64,000 nucleotides of DNA from Auanema rhodensis (Eukaryota; Animalia; Nematoda). Of this stretch, positions 1-11,932 are shown piece after piece; the first letter of the stretch is position 1; every line of letters begins with the position of its first letter. The stretch covers positions 17,298,001 through 17,362,000 of the forward strand of contig OZ059898.1 of NCBI GenBank assembly GCA_964057225.1, in the 5' to 3' direction. Under the pieces are notes generated by a model, which was not told the DNA's origin, searched no databases, and saw only the letters and a program-made list of their open reading frames with translations. The translations under genes were made by a program, and so were the position numbers.

Positions 1-144
1 TGCATCATTTTTCAAACGATCATAACTAATTTTTGTATTAAGCGTTTCTCAATGTAGTATAGTGCATTCGATGCGGATTTGTAAGCTGCGTCGATCTGTG
101 TTATCAGATTTGCGCTAGCTTAAAAATGCACCGAGACATCAACT

Positions 145-166
145 GATATAAGTTCACACTTATATC
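145..166. other. Perfect 9-bp stem with 4-nt loop in each monomer
   Basis: GATATAAGT-TCAC-ACTTATATC. Confidence 0.9.
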
Positions 167-277
167 CTCGATTTTCACCCTGAAGAAATAATTTTTTCGT
201 TGAATAACATTGTCCATCGTGTTTGCCTTGAAAAAAGGAATCTAAAAACATCTACTTTTTGCTAAATTATTTTGAAA

Positions 278-289
278 TTTTTCGAAAAA
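278..289. other. 12-bp palindrome in an A/T-tract block of each monomer
   Basis: TTTTTCGAAAAA, overlapping AAAAATTTTT (286-295) and flanked by TTTTGA...TCAAAA. Confidence 0.85.
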
Positions 290-316
290 ATTTTTGTCAA
301 AATGTTTTTGGAAGCA

Positions 317-344
317 ATGTTGAGTGTACATGGAAACTCAACAT
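317..344. other. Perfect 9-bp stem with 10-nt loop in each monomer
   Basis: ATGTTGAGT-GTACATGGAA-ACTCAACAT. Confidence 0.9.
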
Positions 345-1129
345 ACACTAATGCATCATTTTTCAAACGATCATAACTAATTTTTGTATTAAGCGTTTCT
401 CAATGTAGTATAGTGCATTCGATGCGGATTTTTAAGCTGCGTCGATCTCTGTTATCAGATTTGCGCTAGCTTAAAAATGCACCGAGACATCAACTGATAT
501 AAGTTCACACTTATATCCTCGATTTTCACCCTGAAGAAATAATTTTTTCGTTGAATAACATTGTCCATCGTCTTTGCCTTGAAAAAAGGAATCTAAAAAC
601 ATCTACTTTTTGCTAAATTATTTTGAAATTTTTCGAAAAAATTTTTGTCAAAATGTTTTTGGAAGCAATGTTGAGTGTACATGGAAACTCAACATACACT
701 AATGCATCATTTTTCAAACGATCATAACTAATTTTTGTATTAAGCGTTTCTCAATGTAGTATAGTGCATTCGATGCGGATTTTTAAGCTGCGTCGATCTG
801 TGTTATCAGATTTGCGCTAACTTAAAAATGCACCGAGACATCAACTGATATAAGTTCACACTTATATCCTCGATTTTCACCCTGAAGAAATAATGTTTTC
901 GTTGAATAACATTGTCCATCGTCTTTGCCTTGAAAAAAGGAATCTAAAAACATCTACTTTTTGCTAAATTATTTTGAAATTTTTCGAAAAAATTTTTGTC
1001 AAAATGTTTTTGGAAGCAATGTTGAGTGTACATGGAAACTCAACATACACTAATGCATCATTTTTCAAACGATCATAACTAATTTTTGTATTTAGCGTTT
1101 CTCAATGTAGTATAGTGCATTCGATGCGG

Positions 1130-1180
1130 ATTTTTAAGCTGCGTCGATCTGTGTTATCAGATTTGCGCTAGCTTAAAAAT
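1130..1180. other. Long inverted repeat or hairpin in each monomer (monomer positions 77-127; copy 4 shown)
   Basis: ATTTTTAAGCT pairs perfectly with AGCTTAAAAAT (11 bp). Inside it, GCG/CGC pairs with one bulged T, and ATCTG/CAGAT closes a TGTTAT loop. Confidence 0.85.
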
Positions 1181-3236
1181 GCACCGAGACATCAACTGAT
1201 ATAAGTTCACACTTATATCCTCGATTTTCACCCTGAAGAAATAATTTTTTCGTTGAATAACATTGTCCATCGTCTTTGCCTTGAAAAAAGAAATCTAAAA
1301 ACATCTACTTTTTGCTAAATTATTTTGAAATTTTTCGAAAAAATTTTTGTCAAAATGTTTTTGGAAGCAATGTTGAGTGTACATGGAAACTCAACATACA
1401 CTAATGCATTATTTTTCAAACGATCATAACTAATTTTTGAACTGAGCGTTTCTCAATGTAGTATAGTGCATTCGATGCGGATTTTTAAGCTGCGTCGATC
1501 TGTGTTATCAGATTTGCGCTAGCTTAAAAATGCACCGAGATATCAACTGATATAAGTTCACACTTATATTCTCGATTTTCACCCTGAAGAATTAATTTTT
1601 TCGTTGAATAACATTGTCCATCGTCTTTGCCTTGAAAAAAGGAATCTAAAAACATTTACTTTTTGCTAAATTATTCTGAAATTTTTCGAAAAAATTTTTG
1701 TCAAAATGTTTTTGGAAGCAATGTTGAGTGTACATGGAAACTCAACATACACTAATGCATCATTTTTCAAACGATCATAACTAATTTTTGTATTAAGCGT
1801 TTCTCAATGTAGTATAGTGCATTCGATGCGGATTTTTAAGCTGCGTCGATCTGTGTTATCAGATTTGCGCTAGCTTAAAAATGCACCGAGACATCAACTG
1901 ATATAAGTTCACACTTATATCCTCGATTTTCACCCTGAAGAAATAATTTTTTCGTTGAATAACATTGTCCATCGTCTTTGCCTTGAAAAAAGGAATCTAA
2001 AAACATCTACTTTTTGCTAAATTATTTTGAAATTTTTCGAAAACATTTTTGTCAAAATGTTTTTGGAAGCAATGTTGAGTGTACATGGAAACTCAACATA
2101 CACTAATGCATCATTTTTCAAACGATCATAACTAATTTTTGTATTAAGCGTTTCTCAATGTTGTATAGTGCATTCGATGCGGATTTTTAAGCTGCGTCGA
2201 TCTGTGTTATCAGATTTGCGCTAGCTTAAAAATGCACCGAGATATCAACTGATATAAGTTCACACTTATATCCTCGATTTTCACCCTGAAGAATTATTTT
2301 TTTCGTTGAATAACATTGTCCATCGTCTTTGCCTTGAAAAAAGGAATCTAAAAACATCTACTTTTCGCTAAATTATTCTGAAATTTTTCGAAAAAATTTT
2401 TGTCAAAATGTTTTTGGAAGCAATGTTGAGTGTACATGGAAACTCAACATACACTAATGCATCGTTTTTCAAACGATCATAACTAATTTTATTATTAAGC
2501 GTTTCTCAATGTAGTATAGTGCATTCGATGCGGCTTTTTAAGCTGCGTCGATCTGTGTTATCAGATTTGCGCTAGCTTAAAAATGCACCGAGACATCAAC
2601 TGATATAAGTTCACACTTATATCCTCGATTTTCACCCTGAAGAAATAATTTTTTCGTTGAATAACATTGTCCATCGTCTTTGCCTTGAAAAAAGAAATCT
2701 AAAAACATCTACTTTTTGCTAAATTATTTTGAAATTTTTCGAAAAAATTTTTGTCAAAATGTTTTTGGAAGCAATGTTGAGTGTACATGGAAACTCAACA
2801 TACACTAATGCATCATTAGTCAAACGATCATAACTAATTTTTGTATTAAGCGTTTCTCAATGTAGTATAGTGCATTCGATGCGGATTTTTAAGCTGCGTC
2901 GATCTGTGTTATCAGATTTGCGCTAGCTTAAAAATGCACCGAGATATCAACTGATATAAGTTCACACTTATATCCTCGATTTTCACCCTGAAAAAATAAT
3001 TTTTTCGTTGAATAACATTGTCCATCGTCTTTGCCTTGAAAAAAGGAATCCAAAAACATCTACTTTTTGCTAAATTATTTTGAAATTTTTCGAAAAAATT
3101 TTTGTCAAAATGTTTTTGGAAGCAATGTTGAGTGTACATGGAAACTCAACATACACTAATGCATCATTTTTCAAACGATCATAACTAATTTTTGTATTGA
3201 GCGTTTCTCAATGTAGTATAGTGCATTCGATGCGGA

Positions 3237-6046
3237 TTTTTAAGCTGCGTCGATCTGTGTTATCAGATTTGCGCTAGCTTAAAAATGCACCGAGACATCA
3301 ACTGATATAAGTTCACACTTATATCCTCGATTTTCACCCTGAAGAAATAATTTTTTCGTTGAATAACATTGTCCATCGTCTTTGCCTTGAAAAAAGGAAT
3401 CTAAAAACATCTACTTTTTGCTAAATTATTTTGAAATTTTTCGAAAAAATTTTTGTCAAAATGTTTTTGGAAGCAATGTTGAGTGTACATGGAAACTCAA
3501 CATACACTAATGCATCATTTTTCAAACGATCATAACTAATTTTTGTATTAAGCGTTTCTCAATGTAGTATAGTGCATTCGATGCGGATTTTTAAGCTGCG
3601 TCGATCTGTGTTATCAGATTTGCGCTAGCTTAAAAATGCACCGAGACATCAACTGATATAAGTTCACACTTATATCCTCGATTTTCACCCTGAAGAAATA
3701 ATTTTTTCGTTGAATAACATTGTCCATCGTCTTTGCCTTAAAAAAAGGAATCTAAAAACATCTACTTTTTGCTAAATTATTTTGAAATTTTTCGAAAAAA
3801 TTTTTGTCAAAATGTTTTTGGAAGCAATGTTGAGTGTACATGGAAACTCAACATACACTAATGCATCATTTTTCAAACGATCATAACTAATTTTTGTATT
3901 AAGCGTTTCTCAATGTAGTATAGTGCATTCGATGCGGATTTTTAAGCTGCGTCGATCTGCGTTATCAGATTTGCGCTAGCTTAAAAATGCACCGAGATAT
4001 CAACTGATATAAGTTCACACTTATATCCTCGATTTTCACCCTGAAGAAATAATTTTTTCGTTGAATAACATTGTCCATCGTCTTTGCCTTGAAAAAAGGA
4101 ATCTAAAAACATCTACTTTTTGCTAAATTATTTTGAAATTTTTCGAAAAAATTTTTGTCAAAATGTTTTTGGAAGCAATGTTGAGTGTACATGCAAACTC
4201 AACATACACTAATGCATCATTTTTCAAACGATCATAACTAATTTTTGTATTAAGCGTTTCTCAATGTAGTATAGTGCATTCGATGCGGATTTTTAAGCTG
4301 CGTCGATCTGTGTTATCAGATTTGCGCTAGCTAAAAATGCACCGAGATATCAACTGATATAAGTTCACACTTATATCCTCGATTTTCACCCTGAAGAATT
4401 ATTTTTTTCGTTGAATAACATTGTCCATCGTCTTTGCTTTGAAAAACGGAATCTAAAAACATCTACTTTTCGCTAAATTATTCTGAAATTTTTCGAAAAA
4501 ATTTTTGTCAAAATGTTTTTGGAAGCAATGTTGAGTGTACATGGAAACTCAACATACACTAATGCATCGTTTTTCAAACGATCATAACTAATTTTATCAT
4601 TAAGCGTTTCTCAATGTAGTATAGTGCATTCGATGCGGCTTTTTAAGCTGCGTCGATCTGTGTTATCAGATTTGCGCTAGCTTAAAAATGCACCGAGACA
4701 TCAACTGATATAAGTTCACACTTATATCCTCGATTTTCACCCTGAAGAAATAATTTTTTCGTTGAATAACATTGTCCATCGTCTTTGCCTTGAAAAAAGG
4801 AATCTAAAAACATCTACTTTTTGCTAAATTATTTTGAAATTTTTCGAAAAAATTTTTGTCAAAATGTTTTTGGAAGCAATGTTGAGTGTACATGGAAACT
4901 CAACATACACTAATGCATCATTTTTCAAACGATCATAACTAATTTTTGTATTAAGCGTTTCTCAATGTAGTATAGTGCATTCGATGCGGATTTTTAAGCT
5001 GCGTCGATCTGTGTTATCAGATTTGCGCTAGCTTAAAAATGCACCGAGACATCAACTGATATAAGTTCACACTTATATCCTCGATTTTCACCCTGAAGAA
5101 ATAATTTTTTCGTTGAATAACATTGTCCATCGTCTTTGCCTTAAAAAAAGGAATCTAAAAACATCTACTTTTTGCTAAATTATTTTGAAATTTTTCGAAA
5201 AAATTTTTGTCAAAATGTTTTTGGAAGCAATGTTGAGTGTACATGGAAACTCAACATACACTAATGCATCATTTTTCAAACGATCATAACTAATTTTTGT
5301 ATTAAGCGTTTCTCAATGTAGTATAGTGCATTCGATGCGGATTTTTAAGCTGCGTCGATCTGCGTTATCAGATTTGCGCTAGCTTAAAAATGCACCGAGA
5401 TATCAACTGATATAAGTTCACACTTATATCCTCGATTTTCACCCTGAAGAAATAATTTTTTCGTTGAATAACATTGTCCATCGTCTTTGCCTTGAAAAAA
5501 GGAATCTAAAAACATCTACTTTTTGCTAAATTATTTTGAAATTTTTCGAAAAAATTTTTGTCAAAATGTTTTTGGAAGCAATGTTGAGTGTACATGCAAA
5601 CTCAACATACACTAATGCATCATTTTTCAAACGATCATAACTAATTTTTGTATTAAGCGTTTCTCAATGTAGTATAGTGCATTCGATGCGGATTTTTAAG
5701 CTGCGTCGATCTGTGTTATCAGATTTGCGCTAGCTAAAAATGCACCGAGATATCAACTGATATAAGTTCACACTTATATCCTCGATTTTCACCCTGAAGA
5801 ATTATTTTTTTCGTTGAATAACATTGTCCATCGTCTTTGCTTTGAAAAACGGAATCTAAAAACATCTACTTTTCGCTAAATTATTCTGAAATTTTTCGAA
5901 AAAATTTTTGTCAAAATGTTTTTGGAAGCAATGTTGAGTGTACATGGAAACTCAACATACACTAATGCATCGTTTTTCAAACGATCATAACTAATTTTAT
6001 CATTAAGCGTTTCTCAATGTAGTATAGTGCATTCGATGCGGCTTTT
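3237..6046. repeat. 4-monomer tandem duplication (1403 bp unit)
   Basis: Rare variants recur exactly 1403 bp apart: 3740/5143, 3960/5363, 4194/5597, the 1-bp deletion at 4332/5735, and 4639/6042. Confidence 0.92.
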
Positions 6047-8541
6047 TGAGCTGCGTCGATCTGTGTTATCAGATTTGCGCTAGCTTAAAAATGCACCGAG
6101 ATATCAACTGATATAAGTTCACACTTATATCCTCGATTTTCACCCTGAAAAAATAATTTTTTCGTTGAATAACATAGTCCATCGTCTTTGCCTTGGAAAA
6201 AGGAATCTAAAAACATCTACTTTTTGCTAAATTATTTTGAAATTTTTCGAAAAAATTTTTGTCAAAATGTTTTTGGAAGCAATGTTGAGTGTACATGGAA
6301 ACTCAACATACACTAATGCATCATTTTTCAAACGATCATAACTAATTTTTGTATTAAGCGTTTCTCAATGTAGTATAGTGCATTCGATGCGGCTTTTTGA
6401 GCTGCGTCGATCTGTGTTATCAGATTTGCGCTAGCTTAAAAATGCACCGAGATATCAACTGATATAAGTTCACACTTATATCCTCGATTTTCACCCTGAA
6501 GAATTAATTTTTTCGTTGAATAACATTGTCCATCGTCTTTGCCTTGAAAAACGAAATCTGAAAACATCTACTTTTTGCTAAATTATTTTGAAATTTTTCG
6601 AAAAAATTTTTGTCAAAATGTTTTTGGAAGCAATGTTGAGTGTACATGGAATATCAACATACACTAATGCATCATTTTTCAAACGATCATAACTAATTTT
6701 TGTATTAAGCGTTTCTCAATGTAGTATAGTGCATTCGATGCGGATTTTTAAGCTGCGTCGATCTGTGTTATCAGATTTGCGCTAGTTTAAAAATGCACCG
6801 AGATATCAACTGATATAAGTTCACACTTATATCCTCGATTTTCACCCTGAAGAATTAATTTTTTCGTTGAATAACATTGTCCATCGTCTTTGCTTTGAAA
6901 AACGAAATCTGAAAACATCTACTTTTTGCTAAATTATTTTGAAATTTTTCGAAAAAATTTTTGTCAAAATGTTTTTGGAAGCAATGTTGAGTGTACATGG
7001 AAACTCAACATACACTAATGCATCATTTTTCAAACGTTCATAACTAATTTTTGTATTCAGCGTTTCTCAATGTAGTATAGTGCATTTGATGCGGATTTTT
7101 TAGCTGCGTCGATCTGTGTTATCAGATTTGCGCTAGTTTAAAAATGCACCGAGATATCAACTGATATAAGTTCACACTTATATCCTCGATTTTCACCCTG
7201 AAGAATTAATTTTTTCGTTGAATAACATTGTCCATCGTCTTTGCCTTGAAAAACGAAATCTGAAAACATCTACTTTTTGCTAAATTATTTTGAAATTTTT
7301 CGAAAAAATTTTTGTCAAAATGTTTTTGGAAGCAATGTTGAGTGTACATGGAAACTCAACATACACTAATGCATCATTTTTCAAACGTTCATAACTAATT
7401 TTTGTATTCAGCGTTTCTCAATGTAGTATAGTGCATTTGATGCGGATTTTTAAGCTGCGTCGATCTGTGTTATCAGATTTGCGCTAGTTTAAAAATGCAC
7501 CGAGATATCAACTGATATAAGTTCACACTTATATCCTCGATTTTCACCCTGAAGAATTAATTTTTTCGTTGAATAACATTGTCCATCGTCTTTGCTTTGA
7601 AAAACGAAATCTGAAAACATCTACTTTTTGCTAAATTATTTTGAAATTTTTCGAAAAAATTTTTGTCAAAATGTTTTTGGAAGCAATGTTGAGTGTACAT
7701 GGAATATCAACATACACTAATGCATCATTTTTCAAACGATCATAACTAATTTTTGTATTAAGCGTTTCTCAATGTAGTATAGTGCATTCGATGCGGATTT
7801 TTAAGCTGCGTCGATCTGTGTTATCAGATTTGCGCTAGCTTAAAAATGCACCGAGATATCAACTGATATAAGTTCACACTTATATCCTCGATTTTCACCC
7901 TGAAGAATTAATTTTTTCGTTGAATAACATTGTCCATCGTCTTTGCCTTGAAAAACGAAATCTGAAAACATCTACTTTTTGCTAAATTATTTTGAAATTT
8001 TTCGAAAAAATTTTTGTCAAAATGTTTTTGGAAGCAATGTTGAGTGTACATGGAAACTCAACATACACTAATGCATCATTTTTCAAACGTTCATAACTAA
8101 TTTTTGTATTCAGCGTTTCTCAATGTAGTATAGTGCATTTGATGCGGATTTTTAAGCTGCGTCGATCTGTGTTATCAGATTTGCGCTAGTTTAAAAATGC
8201 ACCGAGATATCAACTGATATAAGTTCACACTTATATCCTCGATTTTCACCCTGAAGAATTAATTTTTTCGTTGAATAACATTGTCCATCGTCTTTGCTTT
8301 GAAAAACGAAATCTGAAAACATCTACTTTTTGCTAAATTATTTTGAAATTTTTCGAAAAAATTTTTGTCAAAATGTTTTTGGAAGCAATGTTGAGTGTAC
8401 ATGGAAACTCAACATACACTAATGCATCATTTTTCAAACGTTCATAACTAATTTTTGTATTCAGCGTTTCTCAATGTAGTATAGTGCATTCGATGCGGAT
8501 TTTTAAGCTGCGTCGATCTGTGTTATCAGATTTGCGCTAGC

Positions 8542-11500
8542 TTAAAAATGCACCGAGATATCAACTGATATAAGTTCACACTTATATCCTCGATTTTCAC
8601 CCTGAAGAATTAATTTTTTCGTTGAATAACATTGTCCATCGTCTTTGCCTTGAAAAAAAAAATCTAAAAACATCTACTTTTTGCTAAATTATTCTGAAAT
8701 TTTTCGAAAAAATTTTTGTCAAAATGTTTTTGGAAGCAATGTTGAGTGTACATGGAATATCAACATACACTAATGCATCATTTTTCAAACGATCATAACT
8801 AATTTTTGTATTAAGCGTTTCTCAATGTAGTATAGTGCATTCGATGCGGATTTTTAAGCTGCGTCGATCTGTGTTATCAGATTTGCGCTAGCTTAAAAAT
8901 GCACCGAGATATCAACTGATATAAGTTCACACTTATATCCTCGATTTTCACCCTGAAGAATTAATTTTTTCGTTGAATAACATTGTCCATCGTCTTTGCC
9001 TTGAAAAACGAAATCTGAAAACATCTACTTTTTGCTAAATTATTTTGAAATTTTTCGAAAAAATTTTTGTCAAAATGTTTTTGGAAGCAATGTTGAGTGT
9101 ACATGGAAACTCAACATACACTAATGCATCATTTTTCAAACGTTCATAACTAATTTTTGTATTCAGCGTTTCTCAATGTAGTATAGTGCATTTGATGCGG
9201 ATTTTTAAGCTGTGTCGATCTGTGTTATCAGATTTGCGCTAGTTTAAAAATGCACCGAGATATCAACTGATATAAGTTCACACTTATATCCTCGATTTTC
9301 ACCCTGAAGAATTAATTTTTTCGTTGAATAACATTGTCCATCGTCTTTGCTTTGAAAAACGAAATCTGAAAACATCTACTTTTTGCTAAATTATTTTGAA
9401 ATTTTTCGAAAAAATTTTTGTCAAAATGTTTTTGGAAGCAATGTTGAGTGTACATGGAAACTCAACATACACTAATGCATCATTTTTCAAACGTTCATAA
9501 CTAATTTTTGTATTCAGCGTTTCTCAATGTAGTATAGTGCATTTGATGCGGATTTTTTAGCTGCGTCGATCTGTGTTATCAGATTTGCGCTAGTTTAAAA
9601 ATGCACCGAGATATCAACTGATATAAGTTCACACTTATATCCTCGATTTTCACCCTGAAGAATTAATTTTTTCGTTGAATAACATTGTCCATCGTCTTTG
9701 CCTTGAAAAAAGGAATCTAAAAACATTTACTTTTTGCTAAATTATTCTGAAATTTTTCGAAAAAATTTTTGTCAAAATGTTTTTGGAAGCAATGTTGAGT
9801 GTACATGGAAACTCAACATACACTAATGCATCATTTTTCAAACAATCATAACTAATTTTTGTATTAAGCGTTTCTCAATGTAGTATAGTGCATTTGATGC
9901 GGATTTTTAAGCTGCGTCGATCTGTGTTATCAGATTTGCGCTAGTTTAAAAATGCACCGAGATATCAACTGATATAAGTTCACACTTATATCCTCGATTT
10001 TCACCCTGAAGAATTAATTTTTTCGTTGAATAACATTGTCCATCGTCTTTGCCTTGAAAAAAAAAATCTAAAAACATCTACTTTTTGCTAAATTATTCTG
10101 AAATTTTTCGAAAAAATTTTTGTCAAAATGTTTTTGGAAGCAATGTTGAGTGTACATGGAATATCAACATACACTAATGCATCATTTTTCAAACGATCAT
10201 AACTAATTTTTGTATTAAGCGTTTCTCAATGTAGTATAGTGCATTCGATGCGGATTTTTAAGCTGCGTCGATCTGTGTTATCAGATTTGCGCTAGCTTAA
10301 AAATGCACCGAGATATCAACTGATATAAGTTCACACTTATATCCTCGATTTTCACCCTGAAGAATTAATTTTTTCGTTGAATAACATTGTCCATCGTCTT
10401 TGCCTTGAAAAACGAAATCTGAAAACATCTACTTTTTGCTAAATTATTTTGAAATTTTTCGAAAAAATTTTTGTCAAAATGTTTTTGGAAGCAATGTTGA
10501 GTGTACATGGAAACTCAACATACACTAATGCATCATTTTTCAAACGTTCATAACTAATTTTTGTATTCAGCGTTTCTCAATGTAGTATAGTGCATTTGAT
10601 GCGGATTTTTAAGCTGCGTCGATCTGTGTTATCAGATTTGCGCTAGTTTAAAAATGCACCGAGATATCAACTGATATAAGTTCACACTTATATCCTCGAT
10701 TTTCACCCTGAAGAATTAATTTTTTCGTTGAATAACATTGTCCATCGTCTTTGCTTTGAAAAACGAAATCTGAAAACATCTACTTTTTGCTAAATTATTT
10801 TGAAATTTTTCGAAAAAATTTTTGTCAAAATGTTTTTGGAAGCAATGTTGAGTGTACATGGAAACTCAACATACACTAATGCATCATTTTTCAAACGTTC
10901 ATAACTAATTTTTGTATTCAGCGTTTCTCAATGTAGTATAGTGCATTTGATGCGGATTTTTTAGCTGCGTCGATCTGTGTTATCAGATTTGCGCTAGTTT
11001 AAAAATGCACCGAGATATCAACTGATATAAGTTCACACTTATATCCTCGATTTTCACCCTGAAGAATTAATTTTTTCGTTGAATAACATTGTCCATCGTC
11101 TTTGCCTTGAAAAAAGGAATCTAAAAACATTTACTTTTTGCTAAATTATTCTGAAATTTTTCGAAAAAATTTTTGTCAAAATGTTTTTGGAAGCAATGTT
11201 GAGTGTACATGGAAACTCAACATACACTAATGCATCATTTTTCAAACAATCATAACTAATTTTTGTATTAAGCGTTTCTCAATGTAGTATAGTGCATTTG
11301 ATGCGGATTTTTAAGCTGCGTCGATCTGTGTTATCAGATTTGCGCTAGTTTAAAAATGCACCGAGATATCAACTGATATAAGTTCACACTTATATCCTCG
11401 ATTTTCACCCTGAAGAATTAATTTTTTCGTTGAATAACATTGTCCATCGTCTTTGCCTTGAAAAAAAAAATCTAAAAACATCTACTTTTTGCTAAATTAT

Positions 11501-11566
11501 TCTGAAATTTTTCGAAAAAATTTTTGTCAAAATGTTTTTGGAAGCAATGTTGAGTGTACATGGAAA
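8542..11566. repeat. 4-monomer tandem duplication (1404 bp unit)
   Basis: The A10 variant occurs at ~8660, 10064 and 11468; TTTTTTAGC at 9558/10962; AAACAATC at 9845/11249. Confidence 0.85.
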
Positions 11567-11932
11567 CTCAACATACACTAATGCATCATTTTTCAAACGA
11601 TCATAACTAATTTTTGTATTAAGCGTTTCTCAATGTAGTATAGTGCATTTGATGCGGATTTTTAAGCTGCGTCGATCTGTGTTATCAGATTTGCGCTAGC
11701 TTAAAAATGCACCGAGATATCAACTGATATAAGTTCACATTTATATCCTCGATTTTCACCCTGAAGATTTAATTTTTTCGTTGAATAACATTGTCCATCG
11801 TCTTTGCCTTGAAAAAAGGAATCTAAAAACATTTACTTTTTGCTAAATTATTCTGAAATTTTTCGAAAAAATTTTTGTCAAAATGTTTTTGGAAGCAATG
11901 TTGAGTGTACATGGAAACTCAACATACACTAA

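Larger units (their letters stand above)
1..351 (+). repeat. Reference monomer (copy 1; phase arbitrary)
   Basis: About 110/351 G+C and 12 CpG by hand count. There are four TCGA sites (monomer positions 68, 91, 168, 282) and ATGCAT spans the monomer junction. Confidence 0.97.

Noticed and set aside
145-176. Hairpin followed by TTTT as a bacterial intrinsic terminator
   Set aside because: The stem is AT-rich, the T run is short and separated from the stem, there is no upstream gene, and the context is eukaryote-like satellite.
1-351. 5S rRNA, tRNA or snRNA tandem gene cluster
   Set aside because: I see no recognisable 5S, tRNA cloverleaf, Pol III A/B box or snRNA sequence on either strand. 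An Infernal/Rfam scan would settle this.
1-351. Monomer as an ancient dimer of ~175-bp subunits
   Set aside because: I see no convincing similarity between the two halves by eye beyond A/T runs.
1130-1180. Variants in stems giving G-T wobble pairs (C119T, A83G, A340G) as evidence of conserved RNA structure
   Set aside because: Transitions often give wobble pairs by chance, I saw no true compensatory pair, and other alleles (A83T, AATATC) break the stems.
2912-3139. 75-aa minus-strand ORF (MYTQHCFQKH...)
   Set aside because: It lies within one satellite monomer and is open only because a SNP at ~3051 removes the TAG present in most copies. The F/K/N-rich composition reflects A/T tracts, and I recognise no domain.
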